A stretch of 64,000 bases of DNA from the NCBI GenBank assembly GCA_041739995.1, contig JBGSMV010000016.1:3872-67871 (forward strand). The letters run 5' to 3'. The notes under the pieces are model-generated. The model was not told the origin of the DNA. It was given only the letters and a program-made list of their open reading frames with translations, and made no database searches. Each line of letters starts with the position of its first letter. The stretch's first letter is position 1. Source of the DNA: Bdellovibrionota bacterium (GTDB lineage Bacteria > Bdellovibrionota_C > UBA2361 > JBGSMV01). Of the stretch, positions 21,420-30,295 are shown one piece after another. The translations under genes and the position numbers were made by a program.

Positions 21420-21465
21420 AATGAATCTCCGTTTATGATAAAATATAGTCTAATTGCTGTATTGA

Positions 21466-22317
21466 TTAGTCTTCCTTCCTCAGGCGCTCCAGCAGAACTT
21501 GTCCGCCAGAGGTGCTCCCGCGAGCTTCAACTAATTCCCCCACTGCAAAGTTTTCCAAAGCGGTGTCTTCACCTTCTTCGTCCTCGAACCTAGTGCTTGG
21601 CTGGGGGATGAAGTTCACGTTGCTGACGCGCACTACTGAGCTGCTAATCGCTTGAATTGGACCGGTTCTTCGAACCTCACTACCGGTCGAAGAACTGCTG
21701 TTTTCTGACGAAGATGAACCGCTATTCGATGTCTGTGAGCTGCTTGAGCTGTCTCCGGAGGAACTACTATTGGATGAATCGTCGTCTGAGGACGATCCAC
21801 TGGAGGACGGACTGCTTAAGGAGCTGCTGCTGTTCTGGTCGGAGGAGTTCGAGGCTGAGTCGTTTGAAGAACCCGCACTCGAGTTGCTTGTGGTAGAGCT
21901 AATGCTCGAGGATGAATACGAAGCGGGTGGGCGCTCAATCACAACTTCATCGGGTACGACAGAATTTTGTTCAACACTGGCGCGGAAGGTCGCCGTGACT
22001 TTGGAAGCGTCTCCCGGCACATCAGTGATTGTTGAGGTGGTATTGAGCCCTTGTCCCTCAAAGAGCAGGCCAAACTCAGCGGCTCTTTCAGCGATGAGAG
22101 CAAAGCGTCCATCTGAATTGGTGATATCTGCATCGCCTGATGCCTGGTCGGTTACCATAACGCCGACCACGGGACTGTTGGTCTGAGTCAACAGGCGACC
22201 GTCAATAGTGATTCCACCGGATCCAGAGGTGCCCCCGCCACAGCTTGCCAGTACGCCCCAAAGCGACATCACCATGAGGGCCAGTGGGCGCGTTAAGAGA
22301 AATCGCTTGATATTCAT
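21466..22317 (-). CDS. Lipoprotein with a carboxypeptidase-regulatory-like (CarbopepD_reg) beta-sandwich domain and a long Ser-rich linker
   Basis: The lipobox LASC follows the signal peptide. ITIDGRLL..NSPVVGVMVT...TNSDGRFAL is CarbopepD_reg-like. It is followed by about 90 aa of S/N/D-rich sequence. The start overlaps the upstream gene stop (ATGA). Confidence 0.55.
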   Translation of the reverse strand: MNIKRFLLTRPLALMVMSLWGVLASCGGGTSGSGGITIDGRLLTQTNSPVVGVMVTDQASGDADITNSDGRFALIAERAAEFGLLFEGQGLNTTSTITDVPGDASKVTATFRASVEQNSVVPDEVVIERPPASYSSSSISSTTSNSSAGSSNDSASNSSDQNSSSSLSSPSSSGSSSDDDSSNSSSSGDSSSSSQTSNSGSSSSENSSSSTGSEVRRTGPIQAISSSVVRVSNVNFIPQPSTRFEDEEGEDTALENFAVGELVEARGSTSGGQVLLERLRKED

Positions 22318-23165
22318 AACTCACCATTATGTCTTTGCTTATTCTGAATGGTTGTACTCTTTGAGCGATCCATACCTAAGCTGCTAAAGCTGAAAGACCC
22401 GACAACGATCCTTGCGGTGCCAGAGTCAGCATCGAGCTGTTGAGTGACATCTCGATCCTGACTGGCGAGGTATCGACGTACTTTTTGATGAAAAAGGCTC
22501 CCCTCCTTCATTATCCACTCGCGAATACGGGAGACTTTGGACTCTGGAATGTTGTCGAAGGAGGTCTTCAAGTGATGATGCTTGTCGGCGCTTGTACCAA
22601 ATAGATTTTCCTCAACTGCAAGGCCCAGATCAATGGTATCTTCCCCCCACTGCTCAAGTTGCTCGTTAATATTGTCAGAAGGGGCATAGTCACGCCAAAT
22701 GAGCTTTACGATACCATGCTTTCGCTCAACGATTCCGCGGCGTTCCATTTCAAACAAGAGGGTGTAACCACTTAAGTCGCCGCCATTTACCGATTCCACT
22801 AATTTGGCAAACTCGCTCGCGCGACCCTCACAGCTAAGCACGCGAGGCTTTCTCGCCTTAGTGGTGAATCGGGCGCTATTCTGCCATTGAGCCATCACCC
22901 GGCTGATGAGAGAACCGGGAGATCTGATTGGTTTAGAGTTGTTGGCGAGTCTTGCAACATCTTTGCGATGCACCCCCGTCATGGCGCTCACCCTACTGGC
23001 GCTAGTTGACTCTCCGGATGAGGAAATTGAGCGCTCCGCTGCTTCAACCATTATGCCCTTTAGTATTTCGATCATCTCGTTAAGTTGAATGCCGTAGCGC
23101 AGCGCAAGAAGTACGGCCGGTCGAAGCAGTTTGCGGAGAATATGGGGTGCTCGCTCGCTATCCAC
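22314..23165 (-). CDS. Hypothetical protein with an HTH-like segment (SAMTGVHRKDVARLANN)
   Basis: 283 aa, translationally coupled to the downstream lipoprotein gene. Confidence 0.45.
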   Translation of the reverse strand: MDSERAPHILRKLLRPAVLLALRYGIQLNEMIEILKGIMVEAAERSISSSGESTSASRVSAMTGVHRKDVARLANNSKPIRSPGSLISRVMAQWQNSARFTTKARKPRVLSCEGRASEFAKLVESVNGGDLSGYTLLFEMERRGIVERKHGIVKLIWRDYAPSDNINEQLEQWGEDTIDLGLAVEENLFGTSADKHHHLKTSFDNIPESKVSRIREWIMKEGSLFHQKVRRYLASQDRDVTQQLDADSGTARIVVGSFSFSSLGMDRSKSTTIQNKQRHNGEL

Positions 23166-23548
23166 TACTGTTCTGCCTTATGCTGGGATTTAATCACATT
23201 ACTAAGCTGTCGTAAAGAATGCTCGGTTGGCGTGGCTAAAATTGGCCATAAGATACTGAAAATATGCAGGTTATATTGAACTAGGGACACTTGCGCCGGC
23301 GACTTCTGGCCAGAAATGACGCATTGGGGGACTACCCTGTGGCTTTGGTGGTGCTGGACTTAAGAGATGGGGAGGTAACTTGGGTCTCGAGCTATCAAGA
23401 GCAAGTATTTAGAGAAAGTATCAAGAAAAAGGGTGAGGGAAATTTCAGGTGAATATGGCTGAAATGGACGAGCGATAGCATTTCCTTGAGTGACGATTGA
23501 ACCATTAGGTATTTGTGTAATGCCACAAATACTCAAACCACCTTGAAA

Positions 23549-23615
23549 GAAGCACAACAAGAAATGCCACAAGAAAAGCACCCCCGGGAACGGCTTGGGG
23601 CCAAGCCGTCCCGGG
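23549..23615 (-). terminator. Strong hairpin (CCCGGGAACGGCTTGG/CCAAGCCGTCCCGGG, about 14 bp) followed on the minus strand by a T-rich tract; terminator of the 23662..24264 gene
   Basis: Seen directly. A-rich 23549-23582 on the + strand is T-rich on the minus strand. Confidence 0.5.
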
Positions 23616-23661
23616 AGTGCGAGAGGAGAGAGGCCTCATGGAAATGCGGAAAAAAAAGGTC

Positions 23662-24264
23662 TCAGGTTGAAGCGGAGACGAGTCGCGAGTCAGCGGAACC
23701 CTTCAGCTGAATCCACCTCTCGTGCGTCGACTTGAGCGCTTTCAAGTGAACGCCGCTGCGAAGGCCGCTGGTGAACGCCTCACACTCCTTCACGGGGTGA
23801 TTCGTTCCGAGCTTGATCACGAAGGGGTGCGCCTGGGTGCCCTTGTCGACATTGCCAAGAAGCTCCTGCACGCGCTCAAGGCGTGTGCAAAGCTTCATGT
23901 AGCGACCCTCATCATCGAAAATCCAGGCCAGACGCTGCCGAATCTCCTGGATGGAGTAGGTGTTCAGCAGCACCGCCAACAGCGCCTTGAGCTCGTCGTC
24001 ATGGCCGACAGGAACGGGGCCTTTCGCCTTGATGCTCCAGCCATCCTTGGCGCAGGCCACGATCTGATAGAAGGTGTTGACCACGTTGGCCAGCACCAGT
24101 TCCTCCGCCTTGGTCACCGAGCGCTCTGCGGGATCGCTCCGACCTTGGAAGGCGCGCGTCCGAACACCTGCGACAGAAACTCCGGCGTGCGGGGGCGTCG
24201 TGCCATTGGAATGATGCGTGCGTGCAGCATGCCCGTTCGTTTCACTGCTCCTCGTAGTACTCAT
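23662..24264 (-). CDS. Orphan GC-rich ORF (about 60% GC against about 50% background), 200 aa, function unknown; possibly an acquired or remnant gene
   Basis: Protein-like sequence (ELVLANVVNTFYQIVACAKDGW...IRQRLAWIFDDEGRYMKL). It has its own terminator and is flanked by about 500-bp noncoding stretches. The antisense 234-aa ORF 23722..24426 was judged spurious. Confidence 0.4.
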   Translation of the reverse strand: MSTTRSSETNGHAARTHHSNGTTPPHAGVSVAGVRTRAFQGRSDPAERSVTKAEELVLANVVNTFYQIVACAKDGWSIKAKGPVPVGHDDELKALLAVLLNTYSIQEIRQRLAWIFDDEGRYMKLCTRLERVQELLGNVDKGTQAHPFVIKLGTNHPVKECEAFTSGLRSGVHLKALKSTHERWIQLKGSADSRLVSAST

Positions 24265-24746
24265 CGTTCACCTCTTTGCAGAATTCCCCAGCGAGAAAGT
24301 TCGACCAGCACATGGACCTGGGTGTTTCCATGCGTAGCAAAAGTGAGCGAGGCAACGCACACTATCGCTACGCACGGGACCGTCAGTCCGGAATGCATGA
24401 CATTGTTTTCTCTAGTGGAGTACTGAAGAGGCGAAACGCAAAAACCACTAAGCCCAGCTACAGTAGAAACCTGCAGCAGGAGAACCTTAGGTATCACTCA
24501 AGGAATGCTCGCGAGTTAAAAGGTTGAACGCGAAGGGCGCCTTTCAACTAGCGAGCATCCTCGAACCAAACTACCCAAAACTCTAATGAAAGTGAGCAAT
24601 TGGGCGACCCTAACACAAGCCTAACACTCAACATAGAGCAAAAGGACCAAAGAGATTTTTGAAATTTGGGGGAATATTTCTGCCGAGCAGGAAGCTACTG
24701 GACTCAGCAAAATGTTGCTCACCCACCAGAGAAAGTCATGGTGATG

Positions 24747-24802
24747 CCTGTGGAAAAAGCTGTGGAAAACTCCAGAATGAGTCTGTGGAAAACCCTGTGG
24801 AG
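24747..24802 (+). promoter_or_regulatory. Four direct repeats CTGTGGA(A)AA in two pairs with 12-bp phasing (24748, 24760, 24783, 24795)
   Basis: Seen directly. Helical-phase direct repeats are typical of response-regulator or iteron-like binding sites. Confidence 0.4.
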
Positions 24803-24842
24803 TGATTTTTTGGCGGTTCTCAGGAGGACACGGAGGAAGGAT

Positions 24843-27080
24843 CTAGGGGGTGATCACGAGGTACTCGGCGCTGCGCGCGAACTCAGTTAAGCAGTTGAGA
24901 TTATTAGAAGCCGACTCCCCAAACTTTTGTTTTTCAAGACTTCCAATCACCACATGTGAAATGTTCTCGGTAAGGAGCATGGTTTTACGTTTCCCACAGT
25001 CCTCCTCCCGGTACCAACTGTTGGTAAATTCTTCACGTCTACGGACTTCATCATATTTATTAGTGAGAAGGCCGACATGATTGCCCCAGCCTAGAAACGA
25101 CTGCTGGCCAGATAGCGTCGCCACAAAGGTGGTGTAGTCGTAGGCGTTTCCTTGAGCCTCCAGAATCACTGCTCCCTCTTGGGTGGAGAGCTTCTTAATC
25201 GTGTCAGCTGCGCCAGGGAAACGCTGATCGACCGTGCTCAGTCCTTGGGTGAAAGGTCCCACAGAGAACCGTTCGGTTTTTCGCATGGGAATAGTTCGGT
25301 AGAAAAATCCAAGCATGAGCACCAACACGCAGGTGACAACCAGCGGTGCGGGCATCAGTTGGCTTGCTCCTTTGCGAAACCTCGCCGGAACGTGGGCAAA
25401 GGCTTCTCGCCCCACCACAAACATCGCCATCCAGCCGAACCACCAGGCCGCGCTATAAAATTTAAAAATTGTGTTCATGCGTTCGATGTCGTCGCCGTAG
25501 GCATCGTTCACAAAGGCTATTTCTGGAAACAATATGGCGGATACAAAGGCCAGAGGGAGAGCGGCCGCAAGCGCCTTTGTGCCTGGAGACCAGGTTCGCT
25601 CGGGGTTTTCCTGTCGAAGGAAGACCACGAAGTAAATCAAAGCAACCAAGAGCAAGAACACTAGCGGAAGGAGTGCGTCTTCGCCAAAAAAAGCCCCAAG
25701 TACTAAAATCGCTGCGCCGACTATGCCAAGAATAAAGTCGTTAGACATAATTCTTACGACAAGTCCGAGTGCAATAAACACCAACGGAATTCCCCAATGC
25801 TGAAACATGGAAGCTACCGGCGTTCTCAGCAGAGGTTTTTGCACGAATTCTAGTTCAAAATTATCAGGAGATCTTAGGTGCAATGTCGACCAAATTAATA
25901 CGCCGGCAAGCGCTATGGCCGAGACTCCAAGCGCCACTGTTCGAGGCGAGAGGGCAGAGGCAAAATGTTCTCTCAATGCGGATACTTTAGTTTCTTGGCT
26001 ACCTGCAGGCATTTCTTTCCAGGCCATGAGAGCAAGGGCGACGGCTCCCCAAAAGGTGAGCAAAGCCCAGACTGGAAGCTCCCATGCATTGGCGGCATAG
26101 AGCCAACAAGGAGCCAAGATTGCCCAAACAGATATGGCATTCAGCGCACGCCAGCCGGTCCAGCCAGACCGCAGACTTAAGAGCACAATAGACGCTAGCA
26201 GCGGAAGCGCGCACAGGTTTAAGTAGTGTGGATGCAAGTCTCCGAGCAAAAACGACCAGGCGGGAAATTCGTTTATGGCGCCATTAATGACGCGTGAGGG
26301 CCCCCACCAGTTTCCGTCACGCGTGAGTGCATGAGTAATTCCCGACCAGTTTGACCCAAGCGCAATGACCAGCGCGCCTGTGACTGAAGCGAGTGCGGAA
26401 AATTTAAAGTGAAGCAAGAGAATGCGGAAGCAACATGCAAAGTATGCAGCGAGCGAGAGTGCTGCCATTTGATGATAGATGGCCCAAACGGGCTCTCCAA
26501 AAAGTGAGCCGATAAACTGACCAAATCGATACCAGTACACGTAATAGTTTAAGACGGTACCGGACATCCAGGGCTCTGGCGGAGCGAGGGGGTCGCGGTA
26601 GGTTGCGGCAAGAATCGCATAATCGCGGAGACGCTCACCGATGGAAATAAAGTCCGGCCAAAGGAGCGCCACTCGGTAGAGAAAAATATAAGCAGCAACG
26701 AGCGCGATCGAACTGAGCCACTCTTCGCGGCGCGAAATATTGAAACTAGCAACCTTACTTCCGTCATAGGGAGTGCTGCATTTAAAAATGAGCACGGCGA
26801 CGGAGGCGAGCGCGATATACGAAGCGACAGTAGAGGCACCGAGCAAAGACCCGAGACCAAAGAAAACGACGGGAGAGGCAAAGAGCACACCGAGCGTTAC
26901 TTCGATACATGGGCGCTTCAGGCGCAAGCAAGCGGCGAGGAGAACTAGGAGTAGAAGAAATATCGTCATATTCCGGGGCAGCGTACCAGGGGCGCGTGGA
27001 GCCGTGAAGCCTGTTTGCATGGGGAGCAGCGATAAATGGGTGCTTGACGTTGATTGCCTAGTCCACAAGGCTCTCCCCAT
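24843..27080 (-). CDS. Large polytopic membrane protein, DUF2298 (Chlor_Arch_YYY)-like GT-C-type putative glycosyltransferase
   Basis: 745 aa. GERLRDYAIL (GE.x.D motif), YYVYWYRF and LGDLHPHY match my recollection of DUF2298. Soluble C-terminal domain. The likely true start is MTIFLLLL at about 26969. Confidence 0.55.
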   Translation of the reverse strand: MGRALWTRQSTSSTHLSLLPMQTGFTAPRAPGTLPRNMTIFLLLLVLLAACLRLKRPCIEVTLGVLFASPVVFFGLGSLLGASTVASYIALASVAVLIFKCSTPYDGSKVASFNISRREEWLSSIALVAAYIFLYRVALLWPDFISIGERLRDYAILAATYRDPLAPPEPWMSGTVLNYYVYWYRFGQFIGSLFGEPVWAIYHQMAALSLAAYFACCFRILLLHFKFSALASVTGALVIALGSNWSGITHALTRDGNWWGPSRVINGAINEFPAWSFLLGDLHPHYLNLCALPLLASIVLLSLRSGWTGWRALNAISVWAILAPCWLYAANAWELPVWALLTFWGAVALALMAWKEMPAGSQETKVSALREHFASALSPRTVALGVSAIALAGVLIWSTLHLRSPDNFELEFVQKPLLRTPVASMFQHWGIPLVFIALGLVVRIMSNDFILGIVGAAILVLGAFFGEDALLPLVFLLLVALIYFVVFLRQENPERTWSPGTKALAAALPLAFVSAILFPEIAFVNDAYGDDIERMNTIFKFYSAAWWFGWMAMFVVGREAFAHVPARFRKGASQLMPAPLVVTCVLVLMLGFFYRTIPMRKTERFSVGPFTQGLSTVDQRFPGAADTIKKLSTQEGAVILEAQGNAYDYTTFVATLSGQQSFLGWGNHVGLLTNKYDEVRRREEFTNSWYREEDCGKRKTMLLTENISHVVIGSLEKQKFGESASNNLNCLTEFARSAEYLVITP

Positions 27081-28688
27081 ATGAGTTTTCAGAGAATTCT
27101 TGGTCGGATAAGCCTACACGAGGCCGTGATAGCGCTGGCAGTCTTGTCTGCGGTGTATTTACAGCTGCAAAATTTTGCTGACGATCCTGGCGTGGGGTGG
27201 CACTTAGAGACCGGCAGGTGGGTACTGGAGCACCGTATGGTGCCCTCGACTGATCCTTTTTTAGCTACGCCGCCTGGGGCGTTAGAAGAAGGGCAGGCAG
27301 CTCGTTCGTGGATTTCGGATCAATGGTTGTCTGATGTCGTTCTCGAGCTTCTCTTCCAGGTTGGCTCCTGGCCGCTTGTCTACGCCAGCTTAACTTCACT
27401 GTATCTGATTACCTACTTTGTTGTGCTGTATGGTGGTTTGCGAAAACTTCACATGCCCGCGCTCGCGGCTACGTTTGCGGTCATGTGCGCTTTTAAGGGC
27501 GGACAAATTCACTTCATCCTGCGCCCCGTAATGTTTAGTTTTCTATTCTTCACCATTGTTTACCTGAGGTGTCTCTACACCGAGCAACAAATGCTCAATA
27601 CACAAGCGGCGCAGGAACCGAGCAGGCCAAACGATAAAAGCTATTTTGCATGGGCTGCGTTGTTCGCGCTCTGGGCGAACATTCATCCAGGCTTCGTGAT
27701 TGGATTAGCCATGGTTGGGCTTTCAGGTGCGATCACCGGCTTACGCGCCATTTTTTATGCGCCCCTTCGTGCTCAAATAGTTCCGGCAGGGCTTACTTTT
27801 CTTTCCTGCGCTATCGGTACACTTCTTAATCCCTATGGTTTGAAATTGCATGAATCAATTGCTTCGTTGCGGGCCAGCGATTACTTCATGTCATTACACG
27901 AAGAGTGGATGCCGATCTCTTTTGAATCACCTGAGGGGCGTTTGTGGTTAATGTTGGTCATATTGATTGGGCTGTGTGTGCTTTTTGGAAGAGGAAAGTT
28001 TCGGTTTCCATCGCCCACAAGCTTAGTAGCCTGCGTGGTCCTCGGACTTTCATGTCTTGATGCAGTAAGAATGCTGCCTTTCTTTGCCATCGCTGCAAGC
28101 CTTCCAGTCGCCTGTGGGTTTGCATCGCTGGGGCAGTGCTCAATTTTTCAGCGCTCGCGTCCCTTTGCGCGACTTGCGAGCGCATTCATGTTCTTCGAAC
28201 GTAGGGAGCATACGGCTCGCGCTGGGATAATGCTAACGGCGGTTATCTGTGGTGCCCTTATTGCCTCGAGCCTATTGCGAGGAGATCTGCTGCTGTTTCA
28301 GGGTCCATTTGGTCCGCGCGTGGAGAAGTTCCCCTACGGAGCCATCCAGTTCCTTTCGGCTCACCAGGACTCCGAGTCGAAACGCGAGTTGGTGGTAGCC
28401 TCAATACCGGAATGGGGTGGCTTTTTAAGTAAATTTGGAACCGGAATGGTTCGGCCATTGATTGATGACCGAAATACTCTAGTCGGAGAGGACTTTCATA
28501 AGCGCTATTCCTCATATATTGGGGGTGCCAATGGGTGGGATACCTTCTTTGTATTGCTTGGAGCTGACGCTTTACTGGTTCCTTCAGGGGGAGTATTGGC
28601 CAAGGCATTACAGCAGGGGCCTGTAGGTGAATGGAGCCTTAGTTACCAAGATCGATTGCAGACCCTAGCGACTAAAACCACTTCCTAG
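27054..28688 (+). CDS. Large polytopic membrane protein, family not recognised (not assigned to GT-C from sequence)
   Basis: 544 aa, at least 10 TM segments. GWHLETGRWVLEHRMVPSTDPF N-terminal loop. Divergent from, and start-overlapping with, the DUF2298-like gene. Confidence 0.45.
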   Translation: MPSPQGSPHMSFQRILGRISLHEAVIALAVLSAVYLQLQNFADDPGVGWHLETGRWVLEHRMVPSTDPFLATPPGALEEGQAARSWISDQWLSDVVLELLFQVGSWPLVYASLTSLYLITYFVVLYGGLRKLHMPALAATFAVMCAFKGGQIHFILRPVMFSFLFFTIVYLRCLYTEQQMLNTQAAQEPSRPNDKSYFAWAALFALWANIHPGFVIGLAMVGLSGAITGLRAIFYAPLRAQIVPAGLTFLSCAIGTLLNPYGLKLHESIASLRASDYFMSLHEEWMPISFESPEGRLWLMLVILIGLCVLFGRGKFRFPSPTSLVACVVLGLSCLDAVRMLPFFAIAASLPVACGFASLGQCSIFQRSRPFARLASAFMFFERREHTARAGIMLTAVICGALIASSLLRGDLLLFQGPFGPRVEKFPYGAIQFLSAHQDSESKRELVVASIPEWGGFLSKFGTGMVRPLIDDRNTLVGEDFHKRYSSYIGGANGWDTFFVLLGADALLVPSGGVLAKALQQGPVGEWSLSYQDRLQTLATKTTS

Positions 28689-28796
28689 TGCGCTTTCCAA
28701 AAGCGAATGAGGTGATAGTCTACCGGAGCTGTAAGGGCTTCTTTTGCGACCCCGGAGCGGCGCTTGCCCTGGATAGAGCCTAGTGTCCTGAGCGAA

Positions 28797-28910
28797 GAGT
28801 TCGATGAATTCTCGCCGAGCTTGATACTCTCTTTGTGAATTTATTTAATCAATTAGACAATGAGTTCAGCGAGAAAGATACTTGAATGAACTTCTGACTC
28901 AGCAGACTAG
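28797..28910 (+). repeat. About 110-nt intergenic element, copy A (second copy at 62849-62990)
   Basis: Shared blocks ttcgatgaa..attctcgccg..ctctctttgtgaatNtatttaatNaattaNacaaNgagttcagcgagaa...atacttNaatgaacNtc...actag, same orientation, and an internal GAGTTCA/TGAAC(T/C)TC stem. Confidence 0.6.
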
Positions 28911-28975
28911 TACGTCCGATATTGATTGAGTTCGACTGAACATGATTGACCGCACATGAAAGTAGGTGAGATTTC

Positions 28976-30289
28976 GTGAAAAAGGGATCGCTCGCATTAT
29001 TCCTAACTTTGCTGCTTGCGCTGCTCGGGGCTGGCGTATCGGCCTTGACCATTATCGAGCACCTACTCCTTGAGATATCCGAAGAAACGGGGCTGACTCT
29101 AGAGTCTGGTCTGTGCACCATTGGAGCGACTTTCAATTGTAAGAAGGTAATCGGTAGCGAGTGGTCTCTTATATTGGGCATTCCGCTCGGCTATTTTGGA
29201 GTTGCCTTCTATCTCTTGCTGTTCGCTCTAACCGTTGCGGCCTTTGACGAGAAGTTTGTGGGCCGAACTCTTGCTGGGGCAACGCTGTTCACCATGTCGC
29301 TGCTTGCCTCAGTGTTCTCCGTATATCTCTATCTCGTTTCTGAATTGAAGATTGGGGCACTTTGCCCGCTTTGTCTGACGACTTACGGAATAAATTTTCT
29401 ACTTCTCATATCGACCTATCTGATTTGCCCGAGTGTCTCTCTGAGGGAGCGGCGGAAGCTGGGGATTGCAGGGTTAGTGCGTTACCCATTGTTGCTTCTT
29501 CGAATTGGCGCCCCACGAGAGTCCTCTGCGCCGACCATTGCGCGCATTTGGCTTGTTGCCGGCTTGCTTGCGGTATTTTTTATAGGGGCATTGCCCGATT
29601 TTATAGCGAGCCAGTTTGTGATTCCGACGGTTGAGAGAGCCAGCGACTCAGAAAGACTGGCTAAAGGTGTTGAGTCGTGGAGCAAGTCGCCCGTTCAGAA
29701 GATCGCTTTAAGTTTGGATGGTGGATTGCAGGGCGACCACTTTAAGGGGAGCCCGCAGGCTCCAGTTGTCATCGTAGAGTTTTCAGACTTTGAGTGCCCT
29801 GCTTGCAGAGGGACCCATATCGCTCTCGAGGCAGTGCTCAAGGAGTTTGAGGCGAGCATAGTTTTTGTGCACAAGGATTACCCTTTGGACCATGCGTGCA
29901 ATTCCAATATTTCGAAGCCTTTTCATCGAATGGCGTGTTTTGCTGCTGAGGTTGCTCGGTGTGCGGGAGAACAAGGAAAATTCTTTGAAACAGCCGATTT
30001 TCTATATAAGAGCCCGATTCTGACGCGTCGTTCAAATCTTAAGAAATCAAAGGAGGATGTTTTTCTTTCGAGTGAAGTGCTTGGGTTAGACGAACAGGGC
30101 TTAAGGGAATGCGTGGCGAGCCGAAGACATCGCCCCAAGATTAAAGGCGACATCGCAGCAGGAGACACTCTCGAGCTGGCAGGAACTCCTTCCATCTGGG
30201 TAAACGGGAAAAAACTACAGGTCATCCACCCCACAGTACTTCGCGCGGTGATTTCAGAAATATTGGGCGACCTCCCGGCGCAGGGTTAG
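28976..30289 (+). CDS. VKOR (vitamin K epoxide reductase family) fused to a DsbA-like thioredoxin domain
   Basis: N-terminal TM domain with loop Cys pair (GLCTIGATFNC) and CPLC in a TM helix. C-terminal thioredoxin domain with FECPAC. Confidence 0.75.
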   Translation: MKKGSLALFLTLLLALLGAGVSALTIIEHLLLEISEETGLTLESGLCTIGATFNCKKVIGSEWSLILGIPLGYFGVAFYLLLFALTVAAFDEKFVGRTLAGATLFTMSLLASVFSVYLYLVSELKIGALCPLCLTTYGINFLLLISTYLICPSVSLRERRKLGIAGLVRYPLLLLRIGAPRESSAPTIARIWLVAGLLAVFFIGALPDFIASQFVIPTVERASDSERLAKGVESWSKSPVQKIALSLDGGLQGDHFKGSPQAPVVIVEFSDFECPACRGTHIALEAVLKEFEASIVFVHKDYPLDHACNSNISKPFHRMACFAAEVARCAGEQGKFFETADFLYKSPILTRRSNLKKSKEDVFLSSEVLGLDEQGLRECVASRRHRPKIKGDIAAGDTLELAGTPSIWVNGKKLQVIHPTVLRAVISEILGDLPAQG

Positions 30290-30295
30290 AATCAT

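Noticed and set aside
23722-24426. 234-aa + strand ORF in the GC-rich island
   Set aside because: It is antisense to the 23662..24264 ORF, whose orientation is supported by a downstream hairpin plus T-tract terminator. The + ORF reads as an Arg/His/Gly-rich shadow frame.
27054-27080. 27-bp overlap of divergent gene starts (DUF2298-like against the large membrane protein)
   Set aside because: It is probably an artefact of over-extended track starts that use TTG/GTG. Internal ATGs (MTIFLLLL at about 26969; MSFQRIL at about 27081) remove the overlap.
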